Source of the DNA: Vicugna vicugna
Taxonomy: Eukaryota
NCBI GenBank assembly: GCA_013265495.1
Contig: MU057560.1
Coordinates: 3,534,909-3,598,908 of the forward strand
Direction: 5' to 3'
DNA length: 64,000 nucleotides
Positions 1 through 11,542 of the stretch are shown here, one piece after another. Each line of letters starts with the position of its first letter. Position 1 is the first letter of the stretch. The notes under the pieces were generated by a model. It did no database searches. It was not told where the DNA came from and saw only the letters and a program-made list of their open reading frames with translations. The translations under genes were made by a program, and so were the position numbers.

Positions 1-527
1 GCCCTAACCCTCACCCCTGGCCCGAGCCCTCACCCCTGGCCCGAGCCCTTATCCACTGGCCCGAGCCCTCACCCACTGGCCTGAGCCCTCCCCCCTGGCC
101 CGAGCCCTCACCCGCTGGCCCTAGCCCTCACCCACTGACCCAAGCCCTCACTCCTGGCCTGAGCCCTCACCCCTGGCCTCAGCCCTCACCCGCTGGCCCT
201 AGCCCTCACCCACTGACCCAAGCCCTCACTCCTGGCCTGAGCCCTCACCCCTGGCCTCAGCCCTCACCCGCTGGCCCTAGCCCTCACCCACTGACCCAAG
301 CCCTCACTCCTGGCCTGAGCCCTCACCCCTGGCCTGAGCCCTCACCCGCTGGCCCAAGCCCTCACCCCTGGCCCGAGCCCTCACCCACTGGACTGAGCCC
401 TCACCCCTGGCCTGAGCCCTCACCCGCTGGCCCAAGCCCTCACTCCTGGCCTGAGCCCTCACCCCTGGCCCGAGCCCTCACCCCTGGCCCGAGCCCTCAC
501 CCACTGGACTGAGCCCTCACCCGCTGG
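1..527. repeat. Telomere-variant/subtelomeric tandem repeat, 19-20 bp monomer (AGCCCTCACCC[C/A/G]CTGGCCCG) with 78-bp higher-order unit
   Basis: One canonical CCCTAA at 2-7, then monomers built from degenerate hexamers (CCCTCA = TGAGGG variant, CCCGAG, CCCTAG, CCCAAG). A 4-monomer 78-bp block repeats at 103, 181 and 259. Confidence 0.9.
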
Positions 528-3500
528 TCTTGAGTGCTAGCTGGTCATGTGGACACTTAATAATTCAGGATATTTCAGTCCACTTTCTAACTATAGATTT
601 TCCATGCAGCTGTGAACGAGTCACAAAATTCTGTTGCCCCAGTCTATAGGATTTGAATGATGCTCTTTCATGGCATTTTATAAGATATGGTGAAATATAG
701 AAAAAAGGCTTTGAGGCCAGTACACACTATGAAAGACAGAAATTTTTGATCAGCTTTTTAGGTTTTGTAGACACTGTACTACAAGGTTAACACATATCAT
801 CTTGTTTTAATAGCCACAAAATTCCTGCAGTAACAGGGTCCTATCGTATACTTGCAGACATGAAGAAACGAGGTTCAGAGGGGAGTCCAGCCCGGTTCAC
901 ACAGCTGGGGAGTGGGGACTGGACTTGGGCCCAGGCTGGTGCCCTCATGGCCCAGGTCCTTTTCCACCCACCTCGGCACGTTGCTCAGCGGAGCTTCCGC
1001 CCAACCCCGCCACCTGCCTTCTCAGGGCCAGACTCGCTGAGGCTCTGCGCTCCCACCTCCAAGCCATGCACGCACGCCCCCACCCCAGCGTGAAGGCCCC
1101 ATCATTCCAGTGCATTCAAATATCTCCTTTGCTGCAAAGGGTAGCTTCAATTGGGTACCATCTTTTATTTTTAGCAACAAATTGGTCATAACTTTACTCT
1201 GTGATCAGATACTTTCTAAAGAGATGGTCTATGTTCAAGCCACCTTGGTAATTCTACAATGCTAGTTTTCATAGAATAGACACCTGGTAAATATTTGTTT
1301 AAATTATGTTTTATGAGCATCTGTCTGAAAAAATACATAAAAATAGTATCTTTATTCATCTTTTCAAGAATATATACTTGGTGTGCACAACATTCCCTGT
1401 GTGATACTAAGCATTGGTAAAATAAAATAGCTCCTGGCTGTGAATGGTCCCTTAATAGGAGACAGAAGAGTCAGTCGGGCATCTCGGGTCAGTGCCCTGA
1501 CAGGAAGGAGTACGAATGCAAGGCTTCCAGAGGTGAGGGCAGGGGTTCCCAGAAGATCCGTGTCTGAGTTGAGAATAAGGATGAGTTATTCAAGGAAAGC
1601 AAGGAGTAGAAGGGAGGACAGGAAGTTGTCCTGGACAAAAAGAGCAGTTCGGGCGAAGGTCTCGGAGGCGAGGATATGTGAACAGCTCCATGTGGCTGAG
1701 GCACAGACCCTAAGACTGGGGTTGGCTTCAGGGAGGCAACACTGTGGTCCTGCCTTTCCGCCCTGAGCGTGGCCTCTGGCTGCTTAAAGGAGGGAGGCAG
1801 AGCCTCCCAGCCCAAGGCCATCCCTGGCACACGCCTCCCCCTCCAGCCGTCCTCGAGACGGGCCAGTGCCCAGCTCTCGGCCAGGGGCTGGGGATGGTTT
1901 TTTCCTGAACTGCTCAAGGGAAAAGAGAACATACCAAGCATTCGTTCTGGGAAGAGAGCCTATGCCTCATACTCACCTCGATCTGAACCACCCACTGTGA
2001 GAGCACCAGCTGGCATGTTTGGCTGAGTGGTGACCAAGGGAATGAGGGCAGAAGTGCCGGGCGCCACTTCCAGACCAGGTGCAGAGGACTCCGCGTGGAC
2101 TTCCAGGCCCTGAGAAGGGCAGAGCCTGAGTCACAGCGTGAAAACATACTGGACCACGACTTGAGAGAAATCAAGCTCCATTACATTAAGCCACTAAAAC
2201 ACGTGGGTGATTTATTAGAGGGGTATCTCACCCTAAAGAAACACCACTTGGCTTGGGAGCATCTTTGGAATATGGCACCCATACGGCATGCGGGGCGTGC
2301 CTACCTGACCCCATTCATTACATCTGTCACTTTTGATCAGGACATTTGATCTCCTGCAGAAAAAAAAAATCCAGAAAACATCTGGTTGTGGACACATTGT
2401 GTTGCTCCTCAGCCTGACTCTACTTTGTACACATACTCCCACGGACAGATCTGACTGTTCATAAACTTGAGATGCACTTTTTACCAAACAGGAGGGTCTT
2501 TTTCGACCTGTTGATGCCGGGCTTGTACTCTTAACTTCACTCTCATTGTTGCCATCAAAAGGTGCCAGGTTGGAGCCTCAGAGGGCAGACTTGTGTCACC
2601 AAGCCTTGAAATCTTCTCCAGCTGGATTTTGTAGCCAAATCCGTTCCAAGGAACAAGGTAAGGTCTGTACCCTCTTTAAGCCTTTGCTTTGTGAGTGGTC
2701 TTCTTCCGCTTGGCCAGGGGACAAAGTCAGTCCTGCTACAGTGCAACCTCAGCCTGTGCTTAACAGTTGCTCCTACCTCTTCTAGACTAGCAGGCAATGT
2801 GGTTCTGCAGATGCAAACATGTGTATCAAGGAAGGAAAAGAGGGTGAGTCACCTACACATCCTTAGAATAGCGTGTGCCCTCTTACAGATGAGGGAGAGA
2901 ATTTGGTAGAAGCTGTATTCTGTTCGTCCAGAATACACAGCTACATGGCGTTGCCACTTACAGTGGATTGCAGATGTTACATTTATGCTAGGAAGACAAG
3001 TCCTCTTAGAAAGGGTGTCTTCCTAGACGCTTTGAACAATGTCTAGTGCATCCTCGCATGCTAGTAACATACTAATAGTGAAAATAACAGAGCTGATAAA
3101 AGCTAAACATTAAGCAGTATTTCTTCACAGCACATAATATTACCCTTTATGAAAGGTAAGCGTTTTCTCTCTAATAAGAGTTGTATTAGGTTATTAAATG
3201 ATAAAACAATGGTTGAACAAATACAACAATGCATTTAAAAACATAATTGGTAAATATCTACTTTAGAAGTCTTTAAAGGTAGTTAATGTCCATCTCAAAT
3301 AAAATACATTCTTTTTGAAGGGAAAGAGAAAATTGTAATTGAGACACTGGAGTTACACTGTTTGTAAATTGACAAAAACAGCTTTTGCATCTCGTTACAA
3401 GGACCTGCAGTAAAAGTCAATTAAGCAGAACTCGTCCCTCTCTGGTTACTTTTCTTTCTGTGATCCAATGTAGTTTCCTCAAAAAACTAAGTCAAATCTA

Positions 3501-5804
3501 GCAAGATAAATGACTGATTATTTTTTGGCCAATAATGCTAGACTATAGTTTGTTGTGTAATTTTCTCTTATCTTTTTTGGTATTTTATAGTAGAAAGTTG
3601 TTCACTTACTAAAGGAGGGGATTAAATTACTTAATATGAATCTATCACCTCTTCTTGTCTGAAAACAGATGTGAAACTTAGTGATTATTTCAGTGAATTA
3701 TCTTCAGCTTTTTGTAGGAATATTGCATTTTGTTGTTTTTAAAGGTTTTTGGTAACAACCATAGAATTACATATGTAGACTTCAGAAACCATTCAGTCCA
3801 ACCATCTCATTTTACACAGAATTGAAGAGTCTAAGCGATTTGCAGATACAACTTCACATTTCCATGTAAGTCAGTTTACATACACTTCACTTTGCCTTCA
3901 CCTGCACAGATTAATTTAGCCAATCAATGCTAAAAACCTGCACAATACACATGCTCCTGGTGATTGTAGCACTCCAAGGAATTCATCCTGACAACACCAC
4001 AAACTGAAAGGCTCAGCAGAGATTCTAAGTCAGCATGCTCTCTTATTAAGTTGAAAAAATCTGTAAAAATGGCTCATTAAAAAGGAGTTCACCAAGTCAT
4101 TTCAGCACAAGGTTTGCAAAAAGGATGAATTAACACATGAGCCGTCTAATCTTTAATTGCCAGATCTCATGAATCAGAACACCAAGTCCCAGTTTTGTCC
4201 CTACTGTTTACACATCCAAGTATCTAGTAAGCTGGCTGAAGTGTTGGCGCATATGACCGGGTGGTGGAAGGAGTCACTCGAGGACTCCATTTGTCTGTCC
4301 CATTAAGGACTACAAAATAAAAAAGGATGAAGTCATTACTAGCAAGATTTCTTTGGTTCCTATAACTTGGGAGAGGGGGTGGAGCATAGTTCTTACCGGT
4401 ATTTTTTAGGAAAAAAAAATCCAGCTTTTGATGTGGTAAGATACTATTCAGAAGGAAAGATTCTACATAAATTTACAATAATACGTGGTTGGGCTAATTT
4501 CTTTTCTTTTTTACTGCAGCAAGATGTTTTTCCAGAAACAGATTTATACCCAAATACTTTACAATGGAAGCTTCGCATGTTGCCACTATGCTGGGCACTG
4601 GCGTCCGGCCCCCACGGCAGCCAGGCAGCGTGAGGGACGGGTGAGCTGAGTGCCGGCAGGAGGGGACACTGGTCACTAGGCGGTGCTCTCCCCAGAGGAG
4701 CTTAAATCTCCATCTACACACAGAAAGGGGAAAGAGAAAAGGGGGAAATTGCTGATTTTATCTGCCTAAGGTCAGATTGATATGAATTTTTACTTTTTCT
4801 AGAGGATATCTTGACGGAGAATTTCACTTTTAGTCATACTGCTTGAAAAAAAAAAGGCTTACTGAGAAATCAAACCATTTCCTTTAGACACATGACCCCC
4901 AAAGGTGTGTGCATGGGAGGGGGTGGATTTAGATGATCACAATTTAGAATCCTCCTCTCTATTCTGTTTACCCCACCTCAGTCGGCCAAACACGTCTTCC
5001 TCCAGAGAAAACAGTGAAGGGAAGGGAGGCAGAGGTGGAGAGAGAGGTGCCGCCCCCGCCTCGGGCACCCCCCCTACCGGCCCACCACCCGCCTGCGGCT
5101 GCCCTGCTAATGGCCGAGCCTTTTAATTCTGGCCCCCACGCTCCCTTTCTGGTAGTGTACTTAGAACACCTTTCCCAACCAGATCGCCGACTTGGAGGAT
5201 GTCCAGCTCTTGCCCAGAAAGCGCCAATAAAATGGGAAAGTGCGCAATTGATTGATAATACATTTTACAAGAAAAAAAATTAAAAGAGATACATTGTTGA
5301 ACTATCACAAGTGTGCCTGCTTACATCCAAAGAACCAAAACTTTCTGAAATACGCGGGTCTCGGGGGAGGTGCCCCAGGAGCGCTCTTGGGAAGAGGAGC
5401 GGGAGAACCGAGCCCACGGCCCAGATTGGGGTCCCCACGCCTGGGCTCCAGGGCAGGCGGGGGAGGGGTGCTGCCGCGTGACCTGCCAGGCAGCTGGGTC
5501 CGCTAGTTCCCATCCCAGTCCAGCCCGTGCCCTCTGGGCTGCCCGCCTCGGGTCCTGAGAGTGGCCCCAGCCTCGCCCTGCGCAACCCTCCAAAAAGGAG
5601 AGACTCCCATTGACTTATTAAATGTCGAGGCAATCAGGCAGCTCCTTTTTTAATAGCCCAAGATCTACATTTAGACAAAAACAGATCCGAGTTCCTGGTA
5701 AAGGCGTTTCTTCTCATCCTGTCACAAGTGACAGGAACGGAGGGAAATAGACTGAGGGAGAGAAGGGGGGGTGAAGGGGAAAGAGAGAGGGGGGAGGGAG
5801 ATGG

Positions 5805-5864
5805 NNNNNNNNNNNNNNNNNNNNNNNNNNNNNNNNNNNNNNNNNNNNNNNNNNNNNNNNNNNN
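5805..5864. other. Assembly gap (60 N) inside a G-rich polypurine tract
   Basis: Run of N flanked by GA/G-rich sequence. Confidence 0.99.
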
Positions 5865-6029
5865 GATATGGGAGGAGTTGGGGCGGGGGGGGCGGGGGTC
5901 TGACGAAGATCCGCGCGAGGATACGAACACTTCAGCGTCTTCTAATTAAAGCCCTGCGCCGGGCCCTCGGGGACCTGCCTGACGTCGGCGGCCGCGGGGA
6001 TAAGAGGCGCCCCGAGGTTCGAGGCGAGA

Positions 6030-6246
6030 CTCGTCCGGCGCGCACCCCAGGAGGCTGTGGGTCCCCCTCTCGGAGCGGCCGAGGCAACACGTCCTGGTCC
6101 CCGAGCGATCAGCGCGCTCCACCAGCCCGGGTGCCGCCGGCCATGGAGTAGCGAGGGGGTGCGCGGCTCCGAGACTCGGGGAAAGACGCCGGACAGACGC
6201 CGGACAGACGCCGGAGGACACCCGCGGCTCCGGGGCGCGGAGACAG
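6030..6246 (+). other. ALKAL2: Probable non-coding first exon of ALKAL2 (5' boundary uncertain)
   Basis: Donor CAG|GTAACC at 6246/6247 and a matching polypyrimidine acceptor CCCTGTCCCTCCAG| at 6955/6956 upstream of the ATG. Confidence 0.55.
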
Positions 6247-7011
6247 GTAACCCGGCCGCGCTCCTGAGCGCAGGTGGCCCTGGGCAGGTGTCGGTCCAGC
6301 CCGCTCCCCAGGGGCCGAGGGGGTCTCTCGAATCTGGCTCAGCGGGCGCCGGAGCGAGGGTCCCCGGTGCGGGGGTTCCTCGGTGGGGTTCGGGGACACG
6401 GGGAGGAGGGGGCGGCCGCCACACAAAGGCGCTGCTGGAAACTTGAGCGCAGCTGCAGGGGCGGGGCGCGCGGCCCCCACTTACCCGAGCGCGGCCACCA
6501 TCTCCGAGGGAGATGGGTGTGGGCCGGACCCTCCGAACCGGCCCCGCTCGGCTTCTCCAGGTGACGGAAAGTTGTGCGGATGCCCCGCTCGGCGGAGCAC
6601 AGGCGGATACGCCATATCCATGAAAGTTCAGGGGGCCAGCGGCAGAGGCCGGACGGAGGCTGGAGGAGGGCGAGGCCCGTGGCGCCCGAGCGCGCAGAGG
6701 GCCAGCAGCACCCGAGGCTCGGCGTCCGCGTCGCCGGGAGGGACCTCGGTCGGGTCCTCCTGGAGACCGAGGCCCAGCCTGCCGCCGCCGGGGCCTCACC
6801 TGCCCTCCCCTCCGGACGGTGCAGGCCGCCTCTGCGCGGGGTCGGGGGTGTGGGGGGTGCTCGGGGGTCCGCGGGGCCGGGGCGCTCGGTCTCCCCGCCC
6901 TCCCCGCCAGCCCGCCGACTTGCGTTCCGGGTCTTCCCACACCCTGTCCCTCCAGCGAGCCGAGCTCCGGGAGCGCGTCGGATCCGCCCAGCCCGGCCGA
7001 CCGAGCGCACT

Positions 7012-7270
7012 ATGCGCGGGCCCGGGCGCCCCCTCCTCCTGGGGCTGCTGCTGGTGCTGGGGGCGGCGGGGCCCGGCCAGGGGGTCGCGGAGCCCCGGGA
7101 GGCGGCGGACAGGCAGACGCTGCTGCGGCTCATCCTGGAGATCGTCCAGGAGCTCAGGAAGTACCACTCGGCGGAGTCCAAGAGGCTGCAGCTCTCGGGC
7201 CGGCAGGACTACACCCTGGGACGCAGGGAGGTCGCGGACTACGGGGCCGACCCCGAGGAGCAGAAAGTGG
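7012..7270 (+). CDS. ALKAL2: ALKAL2 (FAM150B/augmentor alpha, ALK/LTK ligand) first coding exon: signal peptide and N-terminal region
   Basis: MRGPGRPLLLGLLLVLGAAG...LLRLILEIVQELRKYHSAESKRLQL...EEQKV; donor G|GTGAGT at 7270/7271; exon likely begins at 6956. Confidence 0.95.
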
Positions 7271-8594
7271 GTGAGTGCCTCTGACCGTCTGGCTGTGTAG
7301 ACGGAGTGGACCACCGCCAAAGGCTTCTCCTGTGCTGTGTAGACGGAGCCTCCGGCGTGTTTGCCTGTCATGTCTCAGGAGACGCTGGCAGAAAGAGTAC
7401 TTGCTTGGACATAAAATTGCTTTTGAGAAAACGCACATACTTTTAAAATATGAATACATTTCGAGGAAATATATTTTCTTAAGAAGGAAATAGGAAGTCC
7501 ATGAATGAAGCCTGGCAGGTGACAGGTATCTCGTCCACGTCTAAGACGTGAGTTGTTACCTTGGTCAGAAATTTTGGCATAGAACTCTCATCTGTTATTT
7601 TGGAAATGGAGATATTTTCAGCAAAGCAGTTTCAACTGAGACAGAAATGTTTCAGATCCCACCCTGCCCCCTCCCATGGCAGAGTCTTCCCAGAGTGGCT
7701 GCCCCTTGGGAAATTTCTGAGGAAAGCATGCAAGCTTTTAATGCTTCCATGACACAATTAGGTCAAATATGATAAGGTCAATTTTATGTAGACTGACTAA
7801 AGTTAGTTGTAAATGAAGACTGACATTTAGGAGATGTCTAAACCTTGCAAGTAAGATTCAGGTGGAAATGAAGTGAATTTGTGGTAAAATGTGGCCACAT
7901 GCCATCACCGCTAAGCTGCTAGTGCAGAACAGGTGAGTGACAATGAATCCCGATGACAGAAAAAGCAAAAGCAAGGCTGGAATCAGAATGTCAGTCAAGG
8001 ACCGTTAGTTTCCAATACAAACTAAGAGCTGTGCTGGGTCCAGTCTCTCCCTAGGAACTGTGCTTTTAAAAAGCTCATTCGCCAGGATGGTGTCTGTTTC
8101 CACGCACTCACAGCGGCCTTCAGAACAAGCAGTTTTGAGGCCTCTCTTTTTCTAAGTGTGTTCCTAGAAGTAAAGTTCCACAGCAATTTTTTTGTTTGAA
8201 GTATCAGATCAGATTGTCCTTCTAGAACCTTGAGAGACTGTGCTATTTGATTCCCAAGCTCTTTAAGAAGAAAACTTCTAATAGTGATTTTTACTCACTG
8301 GATGCTAACTGACACACACACACCCGCTCGCACACCTCTCTCCTCCTACAACTTGAGGGTCACTACCTCTATCCTCTTGGGAGAGACCGGCCGATAGCAC
8401 TGGAGATTTGTGAGAAGTTAATACCACTTGAAGAATACGTGCCCGATTGCCGGCCTCCACACTGTGTGGAAGCACTCGAGGGGTGGCTGCGTTTGGGGCA
8501 GAGCTTCCAGTAACTCTTGACATTTACTTCGGGTCATATGAAAAAAATGCTGCTTTTAGGCAATGCAGTAATTAACTTCTTTCCCCTCAAACAG

Positions 8595-8648
8595 AAATTG
8601 TTCCTCGAGATCTAAGGATGAAAGACAAGTTTCTAAAACATCTTACAG
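8595..8648 (+). CDS. ALKAL2: ALKAL2 coding exon 2
   Basis: ACAG|...|GTAAGT; (E)IVPRDLRMKDKFLKHLT(G), 54 nt, phase-consistent. Confidence 0.97.
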
Positions 8649-8733
8649 GTAAGTTTTCTCCTCATTCCTTTGCCCTCCCTGGATCCTTGCATCCCATGAA
8701 CCCTCACCGTCTGTTTCTTCTTCCACGTTCCAG

Positions 8734-8814
8734 GTCCTCTGTATTTCAGCCCGAAGTGCAGCAAACACTTCCATAGGCTTTACCACAACACCCGAGACTG
8801 CACCATCCCCGCAT
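8734..8814 (+). CDS. ALKAL2: ALKAL2 coding exon 3 (augmentor domain)
   Basis: CCAG|...|GTAAGT; (G)[26 protein letters not shown](Y), 81 nt. Confidence 0.97.
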
Positions 8815-11477
8815 GTAAGTGACTTTGGAAATGCCAGTGCGAGGCAGACACGACTCTGTGCCCCTCAGTTAGTTGACAGGCCCCTGCCTTCTGTCGCCCA
8901 TATTTGCTAATAGTTACTCCCTGAAGGCTATGCGGGCAGGGGCTGGGTGACCAGATCACTGAAGGTAACGCCATTCAGCAGCAGCTGGTGCCACACTGAG
9001 CATTATTTACATTCCCTGGAATTAATCAGCTCTTGGGATGGGCTGGACCCTTCCATTCACAGTCTCCGTTTGTTTATGAATTCTGGCCTGATGCCTGGGC
9101 TTGTATCTACTCAACTCCGACAATGGAGCCAACTGGAGAATCAGTTGCTAAAACAAGGGCCGCAGGGTGCGAAGTGCCGAGGGTCGTGGGCCACCCCCAC
9201 CACCCAGGTCTGAGGCTTCTTGTTTCACCAGCAATTATGACCTCATCACCCAAGAATTCCATTGCTGTTGCAAAACCCTGCTCTTCCGCATGGCTTCACC
9301 CCTACTGCAGAAGCGCAGGTGTCCTTCCCTGTCTGGCTCTCGGCTGCACCTTTCTGGTTTATCCACAACAGAATGTATTTCACGTCCCCTGAAGTGGTTC
9401 CTTGCGCTCTTCACAGAACATGCAATGATGACAAGTAACTTATTAGCTCGAATCACGTCTGCTTAGGGCCCTAAACCCTTTTTCCTTTTTTTAGAGTGGT
9501 AACTTTCCTTTCACTTAAGGCTCACAGGAGGAAAGTTGTGCAGGTGAGCCTGTTGTCTTAGCAGCTGCTGTCGGGACCACCCCAAGGGGCAGCGGGCCAG
9601 ACCGCCTGTCGTTTACACGGAGCGGACACTTCTCTGTGTGGGCAGCGGCTACTATACAGAACTCCTTGCGCAGCATGTCCCCAAGCATCGCAGGCTGGGA
9701 GGGAGCTGAGGTGCCCCGGGTAAAGCTGTCCTGGGGACAGTGGAACAGGTCAGCAGGCAGCCTGCTGACCCAGGCAAGTGGCATGTGTCCCAAGGGCACC
9801 GTGCCTCTGTCTCACCCTCTCATCCAGGCCACGGGGACCTGGAACACGTGACCTCCCTCATTCCTTCCTCTGAAATGGAATCACCTGTTTGAGAATTACT
9901 CACCTTCTTCTAAAGAACCTTCTCATTTTTGTTTAAATGTGTATATATTTTAATTAATTCTCACCTTACAATAACAGGATCATAGATTCTAAATTTGAAA
10001 GTGACCCTTGGGGTCATTACTTCTGATCCTTTCACTCATGGGTGAGGAAAGAGGCAACACACTTAAACTGTGTGTGCCCTGTCACAGACTCCGCTCGTTC
10101 TATCTGCAGACCCTCCTCCAGGACCCCCTGCCCACACCTACTGCCTCCTTTGCTGACGTAACTGAGCGCACGCCACCAAGGCTGCCAGTCAGGTAGGACC
10201 AGGAGAGGCAGGACCAGGACCCATCGGAGCTGTTCCTGGGCCTGGAGACGGATCTGTGTGCTGGACAAGTGGCTACTTACATGGTTTCCACCTCTCTCAG
10301 CCCACAAAGAGCTGCAGAGCCAAACGTGGGCCGCTTCTGTGCTCTCTAGGCCGGCTTAGACAATTCCCAGAATCCTGGCGGGTCAGACGGGAGGGAACCG
10401 CAGGGCCTTCTCACTCAGGTGTGGTCCTGGGGGGGCTCCTCAGAGGAGCAGGACTTTCAGGCCCCACCAGACCTGCTGAGTGAAGTCTGCACGTTGGCCA
10501 GACCGCCAGGTGGGCATCAGGGTGGAGGACAGTGGCCCTGGGGGTCTCGAGGGGTGTGGCAAGTGCAAGTACTTCCTGAGCTCACACGCTCCACTGCATC
10601 CACGAGTGATCTATGTAGGAAAATCACACCTGAAAAGTCGCAGTGCACCTTACAAAGAGCGAAAAGCCAGGAACCCTGTGACTCTGCTTCCAGCGGTCAG
10701 GCCACTTTTCCTCAGAGGCCAAACCACCGTGTCCTCTCCGCACTGGGCGTGAGGCTCAGGGGAGAGCTGGTGGCTCGTCTCAGGTGCTGTGCATGTTTCC
10801 CTCTGTCGGTCACGCAGTCACTCAGATTTCAGCTAAGAGCATGAACTCTTCCATTTCTAAGTAGAGTTTTGCGACTTCCGGGATGTAAGCGTCGTACTAA
10901 AGAGTTCCCTTACTCACAGTGTGCTCTGAGGCAGAGTCCTACCCGAACATGGCAGCACAGCGCAGGGGATGTCTAGGAACACCAGCCTCCCTCAGATCTC
11001 TGTCACTCTGCCAGGCTTTCTGCTCTGCGGCTCGGCCGCTGCCCCACTGTCTTTGGAACCTTTATGGGGAAAGCTCTGTGTTACCGTCTCAAGTGGGGAC
11101 TCAGCCTGCCCAAGCCCTGGAAGTTAAGTGACACGGGGCCCGGCTGCCGGGAAGCAAAACTGAGGCTATTGTGAGGAGCCCAGGGGCCACTGCGAGAGGA
11201 AACGTACAAAGGGCAGCTATGCGGGGCCTGGCGCCTGCTCCCACCAAAGCCCCCCTAACTCCTGCCGCAGGACGCCCGAGGCCCTGGGGTACCATAAATA
11301 ATCCTGTCAGCAGCCTAGAGCCGCGATTGCAAGTGACAGTCTGGGTACTGCTCCCAGGGAGTCCCAGTGTTTACGGAGATGAGTGGCTTCAGCAGCTGAT
11401 GTGCCTGTTCAGTAGGAATGCTGTTTACTTAGGGTGCCGAGGTCACTGACCACAGTCTGTACTTTATCCCACTACAG

Positions 11478-11542
11478 ACTACAAACGGTGCGCCCGGCTT
11501 CTCACTCGGCTGGCTGTCAGTCCGCTGTGCGTGGAGGGGTAA
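11478..11542 (+). CDS. ALKAL2: ALKAL2 coding exon 4 with stop codon
   Basis: TACAG|AC TAC AAA CGG TGC...; (Y)YKRCARLLTRLAVSPLCVEG-TAA; total CDS 459 nt = 152 aa; donor G|GTAAGC at 11543/11544. Confidence 0.95.

Larger units (their letters stand above)
5865..7300. promoter_or_regulatory. ALKAL2: CpG island / promoter of ALKAL2
   Basis: Very high GC and CpG density, GC boxes at ~5880-5900, spanning the first coding exon. Confidence 0.85.

Noticed and set aside
1..527. Possible CRISPR-like repeat-spacer array
   Set aside because: Head-to-tail monomers with no unique spacers, mammalian context and no cas genes.
7286..7350. Short repeat GCTGTGTAGACGGAG x2 and a CCGTCT/AGACGG hairpin next to the ALKAL2 donor
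   Set aside because: Too short to distinguish from chance or slippage; no evidence of function.
5942..7371. Several long overlapping ORFs (332, 305, 280, 191 aa, and the 146-aa upstream extension of the ALKAL2 frame from 6574)
   Set aside because: Expected stop-codon scarcity in a CpG island; low-complexity R/P/G/A products. The real exon is bounded by the acceptor at 6955/6956 and starts with a signal peptide at 7012.
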